Shown: positions 47,378 through 57,273 of the stretch, one piece after another
How the letters are laid out: the number at the start of each line of letters is the position of its first letter
How positions within the stretch are numbered: the first letter of the stretch is position 1
Assembly: GCA_963718235.1 (NCBI GenBank)
Contig: CAVQYR010000001.1
Span: forward strand, 1,792,001-1,856,000
Direction: 5' to 3'
Source: an uncultured Actinomycetota bacterium
Lineage (GTDB): Bacteria > Actinomycetota > Actinomycetes > JAHEKZ01
Length of the DNA stretch: 64,000 bases
Position numbers and translations under genes: made by a program
The notes under the pieces: model-generated
Told to the model about the DNA's origin: nothing
Databases searched by the model: none
The model's input: only the letters and a program-made list of their open reading frames with translations

Positions 47378-48640
47378 ATGACCACTCCCCCGCCGCCCGG
47401 CGCCCGGGTGCCGACCGAGGTCTCCGCCACCGGTGAGACCCTCCTGATCACGGTGGCTGGTCCCGACCGTCCTGGTGTGACCCGGCGCCTGTTCCAGCGC
47501 CTGGCCGCCTACCCGTTGGTGGTGCTCGACGTCGAGCAGGTCGTCATCCGGGGCGAGCTGGTCCTCGGGGTGCTCGTGGCCCAGCCCGAGGGGGTGTCCA
47601 CCGCGCTGCCCGAGGTGGCGGGGACGGCTACCTCGATCGGGGTCGAGCTCGGGATGAAGGTCACCGTGTCGCCCGGCGCTGGTGAGCGACGAACCGATCA
47701 GCGCGGACGACTGCACGTCACCTTGATCGGAGCCCCCCTTCGCCCGGAGGCCATGGGCGCCCTGGCCGGCTGCATCGCCGACCACGGGGGGAACATCGAC
47801 CGGATCGAACGGCTGGCGTCCTACCCGGTCACGGCCATCGAGCTGCTCGTGTCCGGTGCCGAGCCACGGGCGCTGCGCGCGGCGCTGTCGGTCGATTCGG
47901 TGCGGGTGGGCTTCGACGTCGCCGTCCAGCGGGCCGGACTGCACCGGCGTGGGAAGCGCCTCATCGTCATGGACGTCGACTCGACCCTGATCCGCGGTGA
48001 GGTCATCGAGATGCTGGCCGACCGGGCCGGGTGCGGCACCGAGGTCGCGGAGATCACCGCCGCGGCGATGCGCGGCGAGCTCGACTTCGCCGAGTCGCTG
48101 CGCGCGAGGGTGGCCCTGCTCGAGGGGCTGGACGCGTCGGCGGTCCTGGCCGTGCGCGACGAGGTTGAGCTGGCGCCAGGCGCGCGCACGCTCGTACGGA
48201 CCCTCAAGCGGCTTGGCTTCCAGTGCGGGGTGGTCAGCGGTGGCTTCACCCAGGTCACCGACTCCCTGGTCGAACAGCTGGACCTCGACTTCTCCGCTGC
48301 CAACACTCTGGAGGTGGTCGACGGGCGACTCACCGGGCGACTGGTCGGCGACGTCGTCGACCGCCAGGGCAAGGCGAAGGCACTGGTGTCGTTCGCGATG
48401 TCGGCAGGGGTGCCGCTGAGCCACACCGTCGCGGTCGGCGACGGGGCCAACGACCTCGACATGCTCCAGCAGGCCGGTCTGGGCATCGCCTTCAACGCCA
48501 AGCCGCTCGTCCGCGAGGCCGCCGACGCGGCGGTCAACGTCCCGTACCTCGACGCCGTCTTGTTCCTGCTCGGCATCACCCGAGAGGAGATCGACGCCGC
48601 TGACGCCGAGTACGTCGTGCGGGGCGATCCGCAGCAGTGA
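47378..48640 (+). CDS. serB: phosphoserine phosphatase (ACT-ACT-HAD)
   Basis: GPDRPGVT, MDVDSTLI, VSGGF, GDGANDLDML, FNAKP. Confidence 0.95.
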   Translation: MTTPPPPGARVPTEVSATGETLLITVAGPDRPGVTRRLFQRLAAYPLVVLDVEQVVIRGELVLGVLVAQPEGVSTALPEVAGTATSIGVELGMKVTVSPGAGERRTDQRGRLHVTLIGAPLRPEAMGALAGCIADHGGNIDRIERLASYPVTAIELLVSGAEPRALRAALSVDSVRVGFDVAVQRAGLHRRGKRLIVMDVDSTLIRGEVIEMLADRAGCGTEVAEITAAAMRGELDFAESLRARVALLEGLDASAVLAVRDEVELAPGARTLVRTLKRLGFQCGVVSGGFTQVTDSLVEQLDLDFSAANTLEVVDGRLTGRLVGDVVDRQGKAKALVSFAMSAGVPLSHTVAVGDGANDLDMLQQAGLGIAFNAKPLVREAADAAVNVPYLDAVLFLLGITREEIDAADAEYVVRGDPQQ

Positions 48641-48682
48641 GCCTGCCTCGGCCGGATCGGGCCTGGATGACTGGGCCAGGGG

Positions 48683-49192
48683 CTATCCCCTGGCGACGTC
48701 GAAGCTGCGCAGGCGTCCGTGCGCTGCGGCCAGGTGGGCCCAGGGCCGGTCGAGGTCGAACAGGGCCAAGGCGCTGGTCGGGAACTTGGTCCCCATGGCG
48801 GTGGTCGCCTCCGGGTCACCCTGACCGTCGCTGATCACGAAGGCCAGGTCCTCCAGCCCTGGGTTGTGCCCGATCAGCAGCACCCTGGCCCGCGATGCGT
48901 CGACCTCTCGCAGCAGCAGCATCAGCTCGTCGACGCTCGCCTCGTAGATGCGGTCGTCGAAGACCACGTGGGGCGGGTGCGGCCAGGCCGTTCGGGCGAG
49001 GTCCCACGTCTCACGGGTGCGAGTCGCCCCGGACACCAGCACGAGGTCCGGGTCGCCCAGTCGCTGACGGACCTTTTCACCAGCCGCGGGCGCGTCGCGC
49101 CGTCCCCGCTCGCCGAGGGGACGTCGGTAGTCGGCCACGCCCGGCGGGTAGGCGGACTTCGCGTGCCTGAGCAGGACGAGCTGGGTGGTCAT
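48683..49192 (-). CDS. SixA-like histidine phosphatase
   Basis: LLRHAKS, RTRETW, IGHNPG, KFPTSA. Confidence 0.87.
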   Translation of the reverse strand: MTTQLVLLRHAKSAYPPGVADYRRPLGERGRRDAPAAGEKVRQRLGDPDLVLVSGATRTRETWDLARTAWPHPPHVVFDDRIYEASVDELMLLLREVDASRARVLLIGHNPGLEDLAFVISDGQGDPEATTAMGTKFPTSALALFDLDRPWAHLAAAHGRLRSFDVARG

Positions 49193-50205
49193 GTCCGGGC
49201 CGCTCGACGCAGGGTGTCCAGCTGGGACTCGGTCCCCACGGCGATCACGACATCGCCGGGGTTGATCACCTGGTCGGCCGGTGGGTTGCTCACGAACTGT
49301 CCTCCGCTGTCGCGCAGCGCCAGGAGCAGCGCGCCCCCGCCCTCTCGCTCACGGGTGACTCGCACCGTCGACCCGGCCAGCTGGGAGCCAGACTGCACCT
49401 CGACGTCCTCGAGGCGGAACTCCAGCCCGGCGTCGTGCATGGCCACATCGAGGAAGTCGACCACGTGCGGCTGCAGCGCGAAGGCGGCGATCCGGTCGCC
49501 CCCGATCCGCTGCGGGTTCACCACCCGGTCAGCGCCTGCTCTGGTGAACTTCTTCTCGGCGTCGTCGGTGCGCGACCGAGCGATGATCACCAGGTCGCTG
49601 CTCAGTGCGCGGGCACTGAGTGTGACGTAGAGCGAGTCGGCGTCGTTGTCCAACGAGGCGACGAGAGTGGCCGCTCGGTCGACGCCGGCCGACCGGAGTA
49701 CATGGTCCGACGACGCGTTGCCCAGGATGTAGGGGTAGGGGCAGTCGACGAGGCGGTCCTCGTCGACGTCGACCACGACCACGGAGCGGCCGGTTCGGGC
49801 CAGCTCGTGCGCGGTTGCCTTTCCGACCCGCCCATAGCCGCACACGATGACGTGCTCGCTGAGGGCATCGATCTCCCGTTGCATCCGTCGCCTCCCCATC
49901 AGCGATCCGACGTGCCCCTCGACCAAGGCGGCGACGAGCAGCGTAAGCGTGTACAGGACCGTTCCGGTCCCCACCAGCATCAAGGCCATGGTGAACAGCT
50001 TCTCGGCCGGGCCGAACGGCGTGATCTCCTTGAAGCCGACGGTGGTGACCGTGAACACCGTGGCGTACGCGGCGTCCAGCCACCCGATCCCCAACAGCAT
50101 GTAGCCGACGGTGCCGACGCACAGCACGCCCAGGAGTGCGAGCAGGGTGATCGCCAGCTGGCGGCCGACGTCACCCCCGAAGCGGCGACGTTGCAGCAGA
50201 GGCAC
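49189..50205 (-). CDS. potassium channel protein with RCK/TrkA domains
   Basis: Pore TTVGF, VCGYGRVG, RAGADRVVNP, C-terminal RCK-C. Confidence 0.87.
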   Translation of the reverse strand: MPLLQRRRFGGDVGRQLAITLLALLGVLCVGTVGYMLLGIGWLDAAYATVFTVTTVGFKEITPFGPAEKLFTMALMLVGTGTVLYTLTLLVAALVEGHVGSLMGRRRMQREIDALSEHVIVCGYGRVGKATAHELARTGRSVVVVDVDEDRLVDCPYPYILGNASSDHVLRSAGVDRAATLVASLDNDADSLYVTLSARALSSDLVIIARSRTDDAEKKFTRAGADRVVNPQRIGGDRIAAFALQPHVVDFLDVAMHDAGLEFRLEDVEVQSGSQLAGSTVRVTREREGGGALLLALRDSGGQFVSNPPADQVINPGDVVIAVGTESQLDTLRRAART

Positions 50206-50297
50206 GGACCCATCCTGGCGCACCCGGCCCGGGCACACAGGGACCGTACGTCCCGAACCTGGGCTCCGTCGGTGGCTCGGTGAGAGGACGGTGACGG

Positions 50298-51068
50298 TCA
50301 GCCTCCGACGGCGTGCACTCCCCCGTCGACGTGCAGCACCTCGCCGGTGGTCGCGGGGAACCAGTCGGACAGCAGGGCCACGGCCGCCTGTGCCGTCGGC
50401 ACCGGGTCGGTGTTGTCCCAGCCGAGCGGGGCCCGCTGCCCCCACAGTGCCCCCAGTGACTCGAAGGCACCGGGGATGCTCTTGGCCGCCATCGTCTTGA
50501 TTGGCCCGGCCGCGACCAGGTTCACCCGCACTCCTCGTGGCCCGAGGTCGCGGGCCAGGTACCGGGTCGTGGACTCCAGGGCGGCCTTGGCGACCCCCAT
50601 CCAGTCGTAGGTGGGCCAGGCGACCGTGGCGTCGAAGTCGAGCCCTACCACCGAGGCCCGGTCGCCGAACAAGGGGAGGCAGGCCATGGTGAGGGACTTC
50701 AGCGAGAAGGCGGAGACCTCTAGGGCGACGGCGACGTCTGGCCAGGTCGTGGTCAAGAAGTTGCCACCCAGGGCAGCCTCCGGTGCGTAGCCGATCGAGT
50801 GCAGCACGCCGTCGAGCCGGTCGTGGTGCTCGCGCACCCGGTCGGCCAGCGATGCCATCTGCTCGTCGTCGGTGACGTCGAGCTCGAGCACCGGTGCCGG
50901 TTCGGGAAGCCGACCCGCGATGCGTTCGGTGAGCCGCCGGGTACGGGTCATGGACGTGAGAACCACCGACGCACCCTGCTCCTGCGCGATCCGGGCGACC
51001 TGGAAGGCGATCGAGGCGTCGGTGAGAACACCCGTGACGAGCACCTGCTTGCCCTCGAGCAGACCCAT
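50298..51068 (-). CDS. fabI: enoyl-ACP reductase (InhA-like)
   Basis: VTGVLTDASIAF, YDWMGVAKAALE, AAGPIKT, TTGEVLHVDGG. Confidence 0.93.
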   Translation of the reverse strand: MGLLEGKQVLVTGVLTDASIAFQVARIAQEQGASVVLTSMTRTRRLTERIAGRLPEPAPVLELDVTDDEQMASLADRVREHHDRLDGVLHSIGYAPEAALGGNFLTTTWPDVAVALEVSAFSLKSLTMACLPLFGDRASVVGLDFDATVAWPTYDWMGVAKAALESTTRYLARDLGPRGVRVNLVAAGPIKTMAAKSIPGAFESLGALWGQRAPLGWDNTDPVPTAQAAVALLSDWFPATTGEVLHVDGGVHAVGG

Positions 51069-51114
51069 GGCGTTCCTCTCCTTGCGCTGACGGGGACCGG
51101 TCGTCGGTCGATCC

Positions 51115-51879
51115 CTAGTGACCCATGCCGAGTCCGCCGTCGACCGGGATCACCGCTCCGGTGATGTAGCCGGCTTGGTCGCTCGCCAAGAACCCGACGA
51201 CTCCGGCGATCTCCTCGGCCGAGGCGTAGCGGGCCAGCGGCACCGAGGAGAGGATCTCCGCCGAGCGCGCCTCGTCCAGCGTCGCGGTCATGTCCGTGGT
51301 GACGAAACCCGGGGCCACGACGTTGGCGGTGATCGAGCGGCTGCCCAGCTCGCGGGCCAGGGATCGGGCGAACCCGACCAGCCCGGCCTTGGACGCCGCA
51401 TAGTTGGCCTGGCCGGCTGAGCCGGACAGCCCGACGACCGAGGAGATGAAGATCAACCGACCCCGCCTCAGCCGCAGCATGCCCTTGGCGGCCCGGCGCG
51501 ACACCCTGAACGCACCGGTGAGGTTCGTGTCGAGCACCGAGGTGAAGTCGTCGTCGGTCATCCGCAGGAGCAGGGTGTCGCGGGTGATCCCGGCGTTGGC
51601 CACGAGCACCTCGACCGGACCGTGCTGCGCGACCACCGCATCGAAAGCAGCATCCAGGGAGGCGTCGTCGGTGACGTCGGCGCGCACGCCCAGGAACCCC
51701 TCGGGCGGCTCCCCCGAGCGGTAGGTCACCGCCACGCGGTCACCCAGGTCGGCGAAGTGGCGCGCCACTGCGAGTCCGATGCCCCGGTTGCCACCGGTGA
51801 CGAGGACCGACCGGCCACCGACGCCCGCGTCCGGGGTGCCTCCGACCGCCGGGGCAGTGGTGAGGGGCGACTCCGACAC
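51115..51879 (-). CDS. fabG: 3-oxoacyl-ACP reductase
   Basis: TGGNRGIG, NAGITRD, NYAASKAG, VDGGLGMGH. Confidence 0.93.
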   Translation of the reverse strand: MSESPLTTAPAVGGTPDAGVGGRSVLVTGGNRGIGLAVARHFADLGDRVAVTYRSGEPPEGFLGVRADVTDDASLDAAFDAVVAQHGPVEVLVANAGITRDTLLLRMTDDDFTSVLDTNLTGAFRVSRRAAKGMLRLRRGRLIFISSVVGLSGSAGQANYAASKAGLVGFARSLARELGSRSITANVVAPGFVTTDMTATLDEARSAEILSSVPLARYASAEEIAGVVGFLASDQAGYITGAVIPVDGGLGMGH

Positions 51880-51983
51880 CCGACCTCCTGGACGACGTGC
51901 TGCCGTGGCAGCGGTGATGCGAGACGACCGCGGCACGCTATCGGGCTACCGGCGAGTACGACGAACCCGGGTACGTTGGCGCG

Positions 51984-53510
51984 ATGACCAGTGTGCCCTC
52001 GGCTCGTCACCGCGTTGACGACCAGTTCCTCGCCCTGCCCATGCGGGTGCTCGCCGACGCAGCCCTGCAGAGGGCCTCCGACCTGGGAGCCACGTACGCG
52101 GCCTTTCGTCTGGCCAGGACGAGGGGCAACAGCGTGCGGTTTCGCGACGGTGCGCTAGAGGGGATCAACGACTCCGAGGAGGTCGGGTACTCGGTGCGGG
52201 TGGTCGTCGACGGCACCTGGGGGTTTGCGGCCGACATCGTGCGCACGCCCGAGGCCGCGGCGCTGACCGCCGAGCGTGCGGTGGCCCTGGCCCGGGTCAG
52301 TCGACCGGTCAACACCGAGCCGGTGGAGCTGGCGCCCGAGCCTTCCCATGGTGACGTCACCTGGGTGTCGAGCTACCGGATCGACCCGTTCGCCGTCAGC
52401 GACTCCGACAAGGCCGCTCGTCTCGAGCAGTGGAGCCGCCGGCTCCTGGACCAGCCAGGGGTCGACCACGTCGATGCGTCGCTGCTCAGCCTGAAGGAGA
52501 ACACCTTCTACGCCGACCTGAACGGCACGGTGGCGACCCAGCAGCGGGTGCGGTTGCACCCGAACCTGACGGCGGTGACCGTCAGCGCCGAGACCGGAGG
52601 CTTCGAGAGCATGTCGACGGTGGCTCCCCCGGTCGGGCGAGGCTTCGAGTACCTCGACGGTGAGGGATGGGACTGGGACGCCGAGCTGGAGCAGCTGCCG
52701 GCGTGGCTGGTGGAAAAGCTCGGGGCCCCGTCGATCGAGCCCGGTGAGTACGACCTGGTCATCCACCCCACCAACCTGTGGCTCACCATCCACGAGTCGA
52801 TCGGGCACGCCACCGAGCTGGACCGGGCCCTGGGCTACGAGGCGAACTACGCCGGGATGTCCTTCGCGACTCCCGACCAGCTCGGCACGCTGCGCTACGG
52901 CTCGCCGCTGATGAACGTCACCGGTGACCGGGTGGTCGAGCACGGTCTGTCGACGGTGGCGATCGACGACGAGGGGGTCGCCGCTGCACAGTTCGACATC
53001 GTCCGCGACGGCGTCCTCGTCGGTTACCAGCTGGACCGCCGGATCGCGGCGGCCTACGGGTTCGCCAGCAGCAACGGCTGCGCCTACGCCGATGCCCCGG
53101 ACCACGTGCCGATCCAGCGCATGGCCAACGTCTCGCTGGCCCCCGATCCCCAGGGCTCTGGGCTCGACGACCTGGTGTCCGGAGTCGAGGACGGGATCCT
53201 GGTCGTGGGCGACAAGAGCTGGTCGATCGACCAGCAGCGCTACAACTTCCAGTTCACCGGTCAACGGTTCTTCCGGATCAGGTCAGGGGCACTCGCCGGC
53301 CAGGTCCGCGACGTGGCCTACCAGGCGACCACCACCGACTTCTGGGGGTCGATGGTCGCTGTCGGCGGTCCGGAGACCTACCTGCTCGCGGGCGCCTTCA
53401 ACTGTGGCAAGGCGCAGCCGGCGCAGGTGGCACCGGTCAGCCACGGCGCGCCGGCAGCGGTCTTCTCCGGCATCAACATCTTGAACACCCAGCAGGAGGG
53501 CGCCCGATGA
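51984..53510 (+). CDS. tldD: TldD metalloprotease subunit
   Basis: HESIGHATELDR (HExxxH), DDEG, RMAN, NCGKAQP. Confidence 0.92.
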   Translation: MTSVPSARHRVDDQFLALPMRVLADAALQRASDLGATYAAFRLARTRGNSVRFRDGALEGINDSEEVGYSVRVVVDGTWGFAADIVRTPEAAALTAERAVALARVSRPVNTEPVELAPEPSHGDVTWVSSYRIDPFAVSDSDKAARLEQWSRRLLDQPGVDHVDASLLSLKENTFYADLNGTVATQQRVRLHPNLTAVTVSAETGGFESMSTVAPPVGRGFEYLDGEGWDWDAELEQLPAWLVEKLGAPSIEPGEYDLVIHPTNLWLTIHESIGHATELDRALGYEANYAGMSFATPDQLGTLRYGSPLMNVTGDRVVEHGLSTVAIDDEGVAAAQFDIVRDGVLVGYQLDRRIAAAYGFASSNGCAYADAPDHVPIQRMANVSLAPDPQGSGLDDLVSGVEDGILVVGDKSWSIDQQRYNFQFTGQRFFRIRSGALAGQVRDVAYQATTTDFWGSMVAVGGPETYLLAGAFNCGKAQPAQVAPVSHGAPAAVFSGINILNTQQEGAR

Positions 53511-54886
53511 GACCGCAGGAGATCGTCGAGCGGGCGGTCGGGCGGTGCCCGCTGACCGACTACGTCGTGCTGGTCAACGAGCGCAGCGAGGCCAACCTGC
53601 GCTGGGCCGCCAACACGCTGACCACGAACGGGGTCATGCGTGGGCGGTCGGTCACCTTCGTGGCGCTGGACACCCGCGACGATGGCACGGCGGCGGGCGT
53701 CGTCACGAGGAGCGTGGTCGACCGGGACGAGCTCGACGCACTGGTCGACGCCGCTGTTGCTGCGGCCCGGGCGGCCGCTCCTTCCCCTGACGCTGCCCCG
53801 CTGGTGGACGGTGGGTTGTCCGCGGACTTCGAGGCCGAGCCTGCGGACACGTCGGCCGAGGTCTTCTCCGCCTTCGCGCCGCTGCTCGGTGAGGCGTTTG
53901 CTCGTGCGACGTCGGACGGCCGTGAGCTCTTCGGGTTCGCCGAGCACGTGGTCACCACCACCTACCTGGCGTCGAGCGCAGGCACCCGACTGCGGCACGT
54001 GCAGCCCACGGGCAAGGTCGAGGTGACGGGGAAGTCCGCCCATCGCACGCGCTCGTCGTGGGTGGGTCAGTACACGCGTGACTTCACCGATGTCGACATC
54101 CTGGCCATCGACGACCAGCTCGCGACGCGGCTGGGGTGGGAGGACCGGCAGCGGTCCCTTCCACCGGGGCGCTACGACGTGGTCCTGCCGCCGGGAGCGG
54201 TCAGCGACCTGCTCGTGTACGGGTACATCGAAATGGCGGCGCGCGACGCCGCGGAGGGCCGTACGGCCTTCAGCCGTCCCGGCGGGGGAACCCGGGTCGG
54301 CGACCGGCTGGCCACTCGGCCCGTGCAGCTGTTCAGTGACCCCGCCCACCCCGGCCTGGAGTGCGAGCCCTTCGTGGCGGCGTCCTCGTCGTCGTCGCTG
54401 TCGAGCGTCTTCGACAACGGCATCCCGCTCGGTCGGACCGACTGGGTCAAGGACGGTGAGCTCGCTTCCTTGCTGCAGACCCGACACTCCGCCGCGCTGA
54501 CGGGGCTGCCCACCACCCCGTTCGTGGACAACCTGGTCCTCGAGGTCTCCGATGCGTCCGGGAGCCTGGACGACGTCGTCGCGCGGACCGAGCGAGGCCT
54601 GCTGCTGACCACGCTGTGGTACATCCGCGAGGTCGACCCGCAGACCCTGCTGCTCACTGGGCTGACCCGAGACGGGGTCTACCTGGTCGAGGGTGGCGAG
54701 GTGGTCGGCGCGGTGAACAACTTCCGGTTCAACGAGAGCCCGATCGACCTGCTGTCGCGGATCGCCGACGCCGGTGACCCGGTCGTGGCGCTGCCACGGG
54801 AGTGGAACGACTTCTTCGCGCGCGTGTCGATGGCTCCGCTGCGGGTGACCGACTTCAACATGTCGACGGTGAGCCAGGCGTCCTAG
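53507..54886 (+). CDS. tldE: TldE/PmbA-like subunit; last codons supplied by the integrated element
   Basis: ANLRWAAN, LWYIREVDP, TGLTRDG, VNNFRFNESP; no HExxxH; ATGA overlap with tldD. Confidence 0.85.
   Translation: MRPQEIVERAVGRCPLTDYVVLVNERSEANLRWAANTLTTNGVMRGRSVTFVALDTRDDGTAAGVVTRSVVDRDELDALVDAAVAAARAAAPSPDAAPLVDGGLSADFEAEPADTSAEVFSAFAPLLGEAFARATSDGRELFGFAEHVVTTTYLASSAGTRLRHVQPTGKVEVTGKSAHRTRSSWVGQYTRDFTDVDILAIDDQLATRLGWEDRQRSLPPGRYDVVLPPGAVSDLLVYGYIEMAARDAAEGRTAFSRPGGGTRVGDRLATRPVQLFSDPAHPGLECEPFVAASSSSSLSSVFDNGIPLGRTDWVKDGELASLLQTRHSAALTGLPTTPFVDNLVLEVSDASGSLDDVVARTERGLLLTTLWYIREVDPQTLLLTGLTRDGVYLVEGGEVVGAVNNFRFNESPIDLLSRIADAGDPVVALPREWNDFFARVSMAPLRVTDFNMSTVSQAS
54848..54880 (+). repeat. 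att direct repeat, left copy
   Basis: ACCGACTTCAACATGTCGACGGTGAGCCAGGCG followed by TCCTAG. Confidence 0.9.
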
Positions 54887-54909
54887 GCCCCTGACCTGCG
54901 AGGACGCCG

Positions 54910-55975
54910 CTACGACACCTCCGCGGTCCGCCACACAGTCCGCAAGAGCGGTGTCGAGGATCTTGCGAGCCCGGTCGTCGTCACCGGGCCACAGGTGGGC
55001 GTAGACGCCGAGCGTCACGGCCGCGGTCGCATGCCCCAGGATCGTCTAGACCTGTTTCACGAACGCTCCCCCAGCTATGAGCGCACTAGCGGTGTAGTGC
55101 CGCAGGTCGTGTGTCTTGAAGCTCGTTCCGGTCGCCGCCCACACCGGCTTCCACGCCGTGTACGTCAGCGGATCACCATTCCGGTCAGTGAAGATTGATC
55201 CATCCTCTGCTGTTGGGTAGGTAGCCAAGTGTGCCGCGAGAGCGTCGACAACCACCTGGCCCAGCGGAACGGTGCGGACGCTGCTCCGCGTCTTGGGTGG
55301 ACCGTGCTCGTTCGATCTACCGTCGCGCTGCCTCTCAACTCGCAGTGTGCCCCGGAGGAGGTCGCCGTCGCTGACAACCACGCCCAGCGCCTCGGAGATC
55401 CGAAGCCCGGTGCCAGCAAGCAGGACCAGGAGCGCCCGCTGCCGGGGATCAATGGCCTCCGCCAAGCCTGCGACCTCGGCCGGTGAGGGCGGACGAACCT
55501 CGACCGACGGACGGGAGGGCATCTTGATCCGTTGGCACGGCGAAGCGGGGATCAGTCGGTCATCCACGGTGGCGCCTATCACCTGGCTCAGAACTCGGTA
55601 CACGTTGTGAACCGTGTTCGCAGCCAACGTCTCGGAAAGGGCCGAGACGAGTCGTTGAACACCCGAACGACGCAGCGACGACAACTCTCGCTTGCCCATC
55701 ACGGGCAGGATGTGAACATCGAGTGCGTTGTCGATGACTCGGAGGTAGTTCGGACGATGCACGAGACTCCGACGCCACTCTGTGGCGAATGTCGTCAGAG
55801 CTACCCGGCCAGCTCTCGGGTCAACGTAGGCGCCGGTCAGCACCGCTGTCGTTGTCTCGTCGAGCCACCGCTGTGCATCGACCTTGCGGGTGAAGTGCCG
55901 TGCATGCTCGTGACCATTGCCGTCTCGATATCGGGCGCGGTAGCGACCGTCGGGGCGCTTCTTGATGCTAGACAT
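54910..55975 (-). pseudogene. tyrosine integrase, inactivated
   Basis: MSSIKKRPDGRYRARYR arm domain, GLRISE, PKT, HDLRH. An in-frame TAG at 55046-48 precedes ILGH...VYAHLW. One extra base near 54931 displaces the likely stop at 54910. Confidence 0.87.
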
Positions 55976-56090
55976 TCCCGCCTCCTTCTCGGCGCGCTTA
56001 CGCGCTCTGTACTCCTTCTGGCGAGCCGCGGTCCCGCAGGACGGGGTGCAATAGGTGACACCTGCACGACGGTTCTGGTCCTGCTGGGCT
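55976..56090 (-). pseudogene. 3' remnant of a CGNR-like zinc-finger gene
   Basis: Manual translation: DQNRRAGVTYCTPSCGTAARQKEYRARKRAEKEAG, in frame with the integrase ATG; 5' part missing. Confidence 0.5.
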
Positions 56091-56688
56091 CGACCGACCT
56101 GACGCCCGAACGTTCGGTGGGCGCCTCGACGGCATCAAGAAGCAGATCACCGCCGCGGTGAAGGCCGCACCGACTACCCTGCCGAGCTGCTCGGGGTCGG
56201 CCGGTGATCACCGCGATCGTGGTCGGTGAGGTCCGTGACGTTGCCCGGTTCGTCGACGAGGACCACTTCGCCGCCTACAACGGCACCGCCCCCACGACCT
56301 GGGGATCGGCCGGTGACGCACGACCGTGCGTGGACCGCGGCGGGAACCGGGTCCTCAACCACGCGATCCATATGGCTGCGGTCACCCAGCTGCGCAACCC
56401 CGGAACCGGCCGGGACTACTACCAGCGCAAGATCGACTCGGGGAAGAAGCCGAAGGCAGCACTGCGCTGCCTCAAGCGCCCGGTCAGCGACGCGATCTAC
56501 CGCCGACTCCTCGCCGACGCGCAGAACGAGTTGGGGGGCCCGGGAGGGCACGTGGGGACGACTCGAAACACCAGCGCGACCGGCTCTACCCCTACCGCCT
56601 GCTCTTCGGTGAAGCCACAGCCCGGGCCCCGCGCGAACGCCACGCCCGCCGTGGCGCGGGCGTCTTGACGACAGAGGGGTGCCGTTAG
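56091..56688 (+). mobile_element. IS110-family transposase remnant (C-terminal half and right end)
   Basis: Frameshifted TTLPELLGVGPV, then FAAYNGTAP, GGNRVLNHAIHMAA, ALRCLKR; end TTGACGACAGAGGGGTGCC. Left boundary approximate. Confidence 0.82.
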
Positions 56689-56729
56689 GCGCGCGCTTCG
56701 GACGGGCGGAGGATCTTGATCGGCGAGTG

Positions 56730-57245
56730 TCAGCCTTGGCGTTGCGCGAGTTTCGTCTGGGCGTCAGCGATGGCGGCTTGGAGTGCCTTCACGTGGTGGC
56801 CTTCGGCTTCGCCGACGGCGCGGGTGACGGCTCGCGTCACGGCCGGTTCCACCTTCCCGGCCGCGGAGTGGGGGTAGGCGACGATCAGGCCGGCGCCTCC
56901 GATGGGGATGGTGGTTCCGGCTTGTTCTTCGAGCTTCGCGGCAGTCTTGTGGTGGGCGAGTTTGCCTGCGCCGGCTCCGATGAGGGCGCCGACCGCGGTA
57001 GCGGCGAGCAGGGGTGGGGCAAATAGGCCGACGACGAAGCCCACTGCGCCGAGGCCGGCTGCTCCTTCGCGAACCATGTGGTCGGTTTGCTGCACCTCCA
57101 GCTGGCCTTCGAGGTCCTTGGTGACGACGACCGCGCCGTGCAGGTAGCCGCCACTGGCGAGGACCGACTCGTAGTCTTCTTGGGCCGCATCTTTGGAGAG
57201 GTAGCCGCCGATGAGCACGTCGATGGTCTCGTCGTCGAATGCCAT
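56730..57245 (-). CDS. DUF1269-like glycine-zipper membrane protein
   Basis: GAVVVTKDLEG, GAAGLGAVGFVVGLFAPPLLAATAVGALIGAGAG; CAGGAGG RBS. Confidence 0.7.
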   Translation of the reverse strand: MAFDDETIDVLIGGYLSKDAAQEDYESVLASGGYLHGAVVVTKDLEGQLEVQQTDHMVREGAAGLGAVGFVVGLFAPPLLAATAVGALIGAGAGKLAHHKTAAKLEEQAGTTIPIGGAGLIVAYPHSAAGKVEPAVTRAVTRAVGEAEGHHVKALQAAIADAQTKLAQRQG

Positions 57246-57273
57246 GCTGGGACCTCCTGCGGTGGTGTGCGAG

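Noticed and set aside
53378-55018. 546-aa minus-strand ORF starting MTLGVYAHLW
   Set aside because: It is the integrase tail after the premature stop, running antisense through tldE because of the +1 insertion; not a separate gene.
55046-55048. Programmed readthrough or pyrrolysine at the integrase TAG
   Set aside because: No recoding machinery is seen, a single CAG>TAG change explains it, and neighbouring lesions show general decay.
56684-56690. GTTAGGC matching an integron GTTRRRY core
   Set aside because: No inverse core or attC hairpin and no IntI; better explained as the IS110 junction.
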